From assembly GCA_943788985.1 (NCBI GenBank), contig CALSSJ010000015.1, positions 32,001-96,000 on the forward strand: a stretch of DNA of 64,000 nucleotides, read 5' to 3'. Position 1 is the first letter of the stretch. Each line of letters begins with the position of its first letter. The position numbers and the translations under genes were made by a program. The DNA comes from an uncultured Lentisphaerales bacterium (GTDB lineage Bacteria; Verrucomicrobiota; Lentisphaeria; JABSQK01; UBA12247). This document shows positions 59,688-64,000 of the stretch, piece after piece. The notes under the pieces are model-generated. The model was given only the letters and a program-made list of their open reading frames with translations. It ran no database searches and was not told the origin of the DNA.

Positions 59688-59851
59688 CGTATTCCTCAGA
59701 TTTGAGATCGTTCACTGGGGCCTGAAGGCAGGGATCGTTGGTTATTCCGCACCCAGGCAAAGTGGGATAGCCCCAAGAAATGCGAGTTGGATGGATGAGC
59801 TCCGAAATGGAGCCTCGAACTCGTTCTCATCCCCTTGAGCGGTGGCCGCGC

Positions 59852-61153
59852 CTACCTGATGAGAATTACGACGCCTTTCTTCTTCTCGGCGATCTGCATA
59901 CCGGAGAGTACGGAGAATACGCTGGACCCGTTTGTCGCCGTCCCATTGACAGCAGCCCCTCCCTTGATGCCTTCAAACAGTGCATAGTGTGTACCCTGTA
60001 CCCAGCTGGGCACCACGCCTGCATCTGCACTGGTCGCTGTCCTTGTCACTGCGTTGATCGTATAGTCCGTCTCGAAACCGGCGGTATACAGGTAGATGTC
60101 GTAGGACTTGCCTGCCTCGAGGCCATTGATCGTGAAGGTCCCAACGCCGTCTCCGCCGCCAATAGCCTGGTCATAGATGCGATCGCTCTGCAGGGTATTA
60201 CCTTCGCTGCCAGCATCGAATGTGGAGAACCAGTTTGGCAGACTGACGTCGATTGTTGTGGCGGTGGTACCGTCGGAAGCGGTCAGGTTTGAAGCGTTGT
60301 ACCCGTTGGCCGTGTTGAGCAGGTTCCAATGCACGTTGCCGGATAGATCGGGCGCGCCGCCCGACCAGGCATACGCTGCCTGGTTCCCGCCCTGGACGTC
60401 GACGTTGACGACCTGCTGATATTGATCCGCCGCAGTGGCCCCGGGCACTCCGAAATCATCCACGGATGCGTTGATCACGCCTTCGCCGGCCAGCACGATC
60501 TGGTAGGACAGCATCGTATCCTTTACAGCCGTGGAGTAGAAGTCGCCCCCAGCGGTGCCGGTGGTGTAGATAGCCGCCCCGTCGACCTTGAACACGTACT
60601 CATTACCGACACGCTCAACGGTCAGCGCATAAGGGCCGGAAAATGTGATGTCTGCGGGACTCTCGTACAGGACGTAGTCGCCTGTTCCATCTCGCCAGGT
60701 TCGCGTCACTTTAAACCGAAAGTCCGTTGTGTTCACCCCTGACAGCCGCAACGTATAGGTATCCGCAAAACCGGCAGGCGTATTGGCTACATATGCTGGC
60801 TGAAGGATGGTGGAGAGCATCAACCCCATAAAACCCCAAGCGCCGGAGGCCATGCTGAAGGAGTTCACGGTCATGGTCACGGACTCAGTCGGGGTTCGTG
60901 CCATCCCAGTTCGGTACAGACCCAGGCCATTGAGGCCGGTCGGCTTGTTCAGATCCAGTTCTCCATTGCCGCTGTCCCAACTGGGCGTTGTCGCGTCCGT
61001 GTTATTGTAATACCCGTACTCCGTCCATTCGGTCGTGATGTTGGGGTCGATACTGAAATCATCGAACATGCCAGCACTTGCCGACGTCCCTGTCAGGGCC
61101 AGCAGGGACCCGATGAGGGGCGTGAAGAGGATGGTGAGAATGCGAGGGTTCAT
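59852..61153 (-). CDS. Secreted beta-rich protein with C-terminal KKKGVVILIR tail
   Basis: Signal peptide MNPRILTILF...ASA and a T/G/N/D-rich body. Confidence 0.75.
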   Translation of the reverse strand: MNPRILTILFTPLIGSLLALTGTSASAGMFDDFSIDPNITTEWTEYGYYNNTDATTPSWDSGNGELDLNKPTGLNGLGLYRTGMARTPTESVTMTVNSFSMASGAWGFMGLMLSTILQPAYVANTPAGFADTYTLRLSGVNTTDFRFKVTRTWRDGTGDYVLYESPADITFSGPYALTVERVGNEYVFKVDGAAIYTTGTAGGDFYSTAVKDTMLSYQIVLAGEGVINASVDDFGVPGATAADQYQQVVNVDVQGGNQAAYAWSGGAPDLSGNVHWNLLNTANGYNASNLTASDGTTATTIDVSLPNWFSTFDAGSEGNTLQSDRIYDQAIGGGDGVGTFTINGLEAGKSYDIYLYTAGFETDYTINAVTRTATSADAGVVPSWVQGTHYALFEGIKGGAAVNGTATNGSSVFSVLSGMQIAEKKKGVVILIR

Positions 61154-61466
61154 AGGGTTCCTATCTTTATCGATATGTCGTTGTCCGCCTGGTGGCGGCC
61201 TGCAGCTTGCACAAGGCAAAGTTGTGTACCTGTAGAGTAATCATTGAGCTCTTGTATGGCAATGTAAGGAAAACGATATGTGATAACAAAAAGACGACAT
61301 GGTCTCATGCGCCTGCTCGCTTTCGCCCACGATGTGGCAAGAGCGCATTTTGCCACGTTTAAATGAGGCTTGCAGTGAGTTCATCAGGGCATATAGTCAT
61401 TTCGCATTGCCCCGCACTTGCAAAAAAGCGGCTTCTTTGCCACCGCTGTCTGCCCGAGGTTCGCCG

Positions 61467-62342
61467 ATGAACACCAGTCGCCGAGAGACGCCTGCCGCCT
61501 TCGACTCCGGAAACGTCCGGGAAGGCCCACCCGCCGCGCCCTGCCTTCGCAATGTCGAATGCTACGGCCATCCCGAGGCAGCCTCGCAAATGAGCGGCTG
61601 GGACTGGCTTCTGGTGAGCTTCAGCGGTTTGGAACACATGAACCTGTGCCTGCCTGGCGGACGTAAGCTCTTCTCCGTGACTGACGACCGCCCGTTCGCC
61701 GCCTTGATTCCGGCGTGTAGCCACTGCGAGTTTTCCTACGGCGACACGCGCGAGAACTGGGTCGTAAAGCTGGAGTCTGGCACCATTGCGGAGTCCGCAA
61801 ACGGCCCTATCCAGGTCAACTGGGCGGGCCTCACGGCTGATCTTTCCGGCTTCACTTGGCTCGACACTGCACAGGCGGCGCGCTGCCACGAGTTGCTCAC
61901 GCGCCTGTCTGAGGAGTACCATGGCCCCGAGTGGCGAGACTCGCTGCCTCTGTGCCTGTCTCTTGGCGCCGTCTTGGACTGTGTGCTCGACACCATGCTG
62001 CACCCGCCCGACAGCAAAGACCCGGCCAAAGCGCTTCGTGACGCCATCATTGCCGATCGCGGCTTTGTCCGCACCCTCGCAGACCTAAGCGCAAAATGTG
62101 GCTATTCTACCGATCATCTACGGCGCCTGTTCGAGGCCCGCTATGGGATGCCACCGAAGGTTTTTCGCACTTCCTACAGGATGCGTCTGGCGCGCGACTT
62201 GCTTGCCTTGGGGACGCTGTCCGCCAAGGAGGTCTCTGAGCAACTCAGCTACAGCCACCCCTCCCACTTCTCGGCTGCGTTCCGCAAGCACTTCGGCTGC
62301 CCTCCTGGTGCGATGGCGGGCACTCACCCAGTAATAGAGTAG
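61467..62342 (+). CDS. AraC-family transcriptional regulator, divergent from the sugar operon
   Basis: YSTDHLRRLF...YSHPSHFSAAFRKHFGCPP HTH. Confidence 0.85.
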   Translation: MNTSRRETPAAFDSGNVREGPPAAPCLRNVECYGHPEAASQMSGWDWLLVSFSGLEHMNLCLPGGRKLFSVTDDRPFAALIPACSHCEFSYGDTRENWVVKLESGTIAESANGPIQVNWAGLTADLSGFTWLDTAQAARCHELLTRLSEEYHGPEWRDSLPLCLSLGAVLDCVLDTMLHPPDSKDPAKALRDAIIADRGFVRTLADLSAKCGYSTDHLRRLFEARYGMPPKVFRTSYRMRLARDLLALGTLSAKEVSEQLSYSHPSHFSAAFRKHFGCPPGAMAGTHPVIE

Positions 62343-62447
62343 CGCGGAGACGTGACCACGCCCCCCCCATGAATTCACTGCAGCCCGTCCTCACGCGGTA
62401 CGCAGGGCGTTGCTTCGATTGGCTTGGAGCATTCGTAAGACAGCCGT

Positions 62448-64000
62448 AAAATATCTGCAGCATCACTACCCATCGAAATGGAAGCAACTCGCTGGCAGCG
62501 CCACTCCAGACCAGAACTTTGAAGCGTGACGCGCTGTCCCCAGCGACCTTGGCGACGATGCGCGCATTCTCAAATGCCAGGCGAGCGCCATCGCCCACAA
62601 GCGCAACAGCGGTGATGCCCTCCGCGCTCGTCAGCGTCGCAATATTCCCCTCCACTTTGCTCTTGGAGCGTTGGCGATAGGCCAGTTGCACCCGCAAATC
62701 CTTGCCGCCGGTTACTTCAAAGCTGCGGGTTACCGCCTTCGTTCCCGGACGCGATTCCAGCCATGGCGACTCGAGTCTCGGTGCTACCAAGTCATGCCGG
62801 GTGGTGGACCAGGTGGCAAGACTGACGGGTCCTGAGCCGTTTTGATTGTTCCGGCGTGGTCGCGTTGTATGCCTTACGAGGTTGGGGTGCATGCGGTGGT
62901 TGTCGTTTTGATTGTTCCGGCGTGGTCGCGTTGTATGCCTTAGTATGCTTCGATATTGGCCGCAGTTCAAGACTATTCGCCGTCCACTCTCAAGGCTTCG
63001 CCCACAACTGGAACCCATCGCCTCAGCACGCCATCCCAACTATTAGCTTATTATTATTCGCCAATAGTTGAGGTATACCTATGCCCGCGCCATGTGGAGA
63101 TAAAACTCCCGGCTTCTATCGGCGGCGCACACCGCGTGAGTCGCCGCTGTTTCAGTTGCTCGAACAGCATTTTGACGAGTTCGAGCGGGTGTATCCGGAC
63201 CGTTACCAAGAGCGCTATGGTTTCTTTCGGCCCGTAATTCGCAAGGCCGTTGATGCTTTTCTGGGTTGCGGCGACCTGCGCGAGGGGTTCGCTCGAGTTC
63301 GCTGCCCCGACTGCGGACACAACCTGTTTGTCGCATTTTCCTGTAAGCAGCGCGGCATCTGCCCAAGTTGCCATCAAAAACGTATGCTGGTCACGGCGAT
63401 CAACATTGCCGAAAACGTGGCAGTCGCTGTTCCGCATCGCCAGTTCGTCTTTACCATGCCGAAACGGTTCCGCGCTTACTTTCGCTATGACCGGGATCTA
63501 CTCAAGCATCTTCCCCGCCTTGCCTGGGAAACAGTGCGCGACGTCTACCGTGCCGTGCTCGATCGCGATGACGTTGTTCCCGGCATGGTCGGCGCCCCAC
63601 AGAGCTTTGGCGATCTAATAAATTGGCATCCGCATATGCACACTCTATCCACCGATGGAGCGTTTGCCAAAGACGGCACGTATCTGCCTGTGCCCGATGA
63701 TCTGCCGATTGAGCCGTTCCTCAAGCTCTGGGAGCACAAGATCTTTGCATTGCTACTGGCAGAGGGCCGCATCACCGAGAAGGTCGTCGAGCAGATGCGT
63801 AGCTGGAGGCACTCCGGGTTCAGCGTTGATAAGAGCGTCTACCTGCCGGCCGGTGACCAGGCTGCTATTCAGCGTTTGCTTCAGTACATGCTCAGATGCC
63901 CGTTCAGCCTGAAGCGCATGATTCAGACCACGGCGGATGGTAATGTTGCCTACCGAGCGACGCGCGAGAAGTGTATCGCCTTCCCGACCCGCAACGATAC
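62448..64000 (+). mobile_element. IS91/ISCR-like element, copy 2 (runs off the right edge)
   Basis: Matches 39275 onward at an offset of 23173 bp, including the 39-bp repeats at 62838-62876 and 62904-62942. Confidence 0.88.
63081..64000 (+). CDS. IS91-family transposase, copy 2 (partial)
   Basis: Same sequence as 39908 onward. The one difference noticed is G40260 versus C63433 (VRHRQ versus VPHRQ). Confidence 0.9.
   Translation, partial: MPAPCGDKTPGFYRRRTPRESPLFQLLEQHFDEFERVYPDRYQERYGFFRPVIRKAVDAFLGCGDLREGFARVRCPDCGHNLFVAFSCKQRGICPSCHQKRMLVTAINIAENVAVAVPHRQFVFTMPKRFRAYFRYDRDLLKHLPRLAWETVRDVYRAVLDRDDVVPGMVGAPQSFGDLINWHPHMHTLSTDGAFAKDGTYLPVPDDLPIEPFLKLWEHKIFALLLAEGRITEKVVEQMRSWRHSGFSVDKSVYLPAGDQAAIQRLLQYMLRCPFSLKRMIQTTADGNVAYRATREKCIAFPTRND

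Noticed and set aside
61271..61300. Direct repeat AAACGATATG / AGACGACATG as AraC half-sites
   Set aside because: The position is plausible, but the match is too short and imperfect to call without comparative data.
1..64000. tRNA/rRNA genes and the many short antisense ORFs
   Set aside because: No RNA gene was recognisable by eye. The short overlapping ORFs are expected shadows of GC-rich coding DNA.

Overview
GC-rich bacterial DNA, probably from the PVC group (Lentisphaerae-like). This placement is an inference from a pilin-like FTLLELL...H-X9-DG protein and the secreted-protein style. Positions 1-18 kb hold housekeeping genes: 5-oxoprolinase, a 2-hydroxyacid dehydrogenase, the Na+-pumping oxaloacetate decarboxylase oadGBA, a glycosyltransferase, a large TPR protein, tilS, a sigma54-driven type II glutamine synthetase and glpK. 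Three of these genes carry single-base homopolymer frameshifts. Positions 19-28 kb are a sigma54-preceded Cus-type heavy-metal RND efflux operon with two TolC genes, followed by eroded histidine-kinase and feoB remnants. Positions 29.7-36.8 kb are an AraC-regulated sugar isomerase plus rhamnose-type ABC transporter. Positions 36.9-41.7 kb are a stack of nested mobile elements: a DUF4062 stub, a RAYT transposase, a truncated IS66, a ribulokinase fragment and an IS91/ISCR-like element. A second, near-identical IS91-like copy starts at 62448 in direct orientation. The two copies bracket about 21 kb of cargo: a LamG-GH43 hydrolase, a Tat oxidoreductase, an AAA-PD-(D/E)XK protein, a HipBA toxin-antitoxin pair, and an uncharacterised sugar catabolic operon (SSS symporter, amidohydrolase, isomerase, FGGY kinase, TIM-like enzyme, two YjbQ proteins, SIS). 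The operon's intergenic gaps hold several palindromic or MITE-like elements. The most notable items are: (1) the IS91-like element's mosaic left end, with captured gene pieces and a 39-bp repeat/27-bp spacer/39-bp repeat unit; (2) the TIM/YjbQ/YjbQ/SIS pathway; (3) a repeat-flanked four-helix-bundle cassette; and (4) a three-level nested REP/MITE with a clean target-site duplication. All calls come from reading motifs by eye; no database searches were run.
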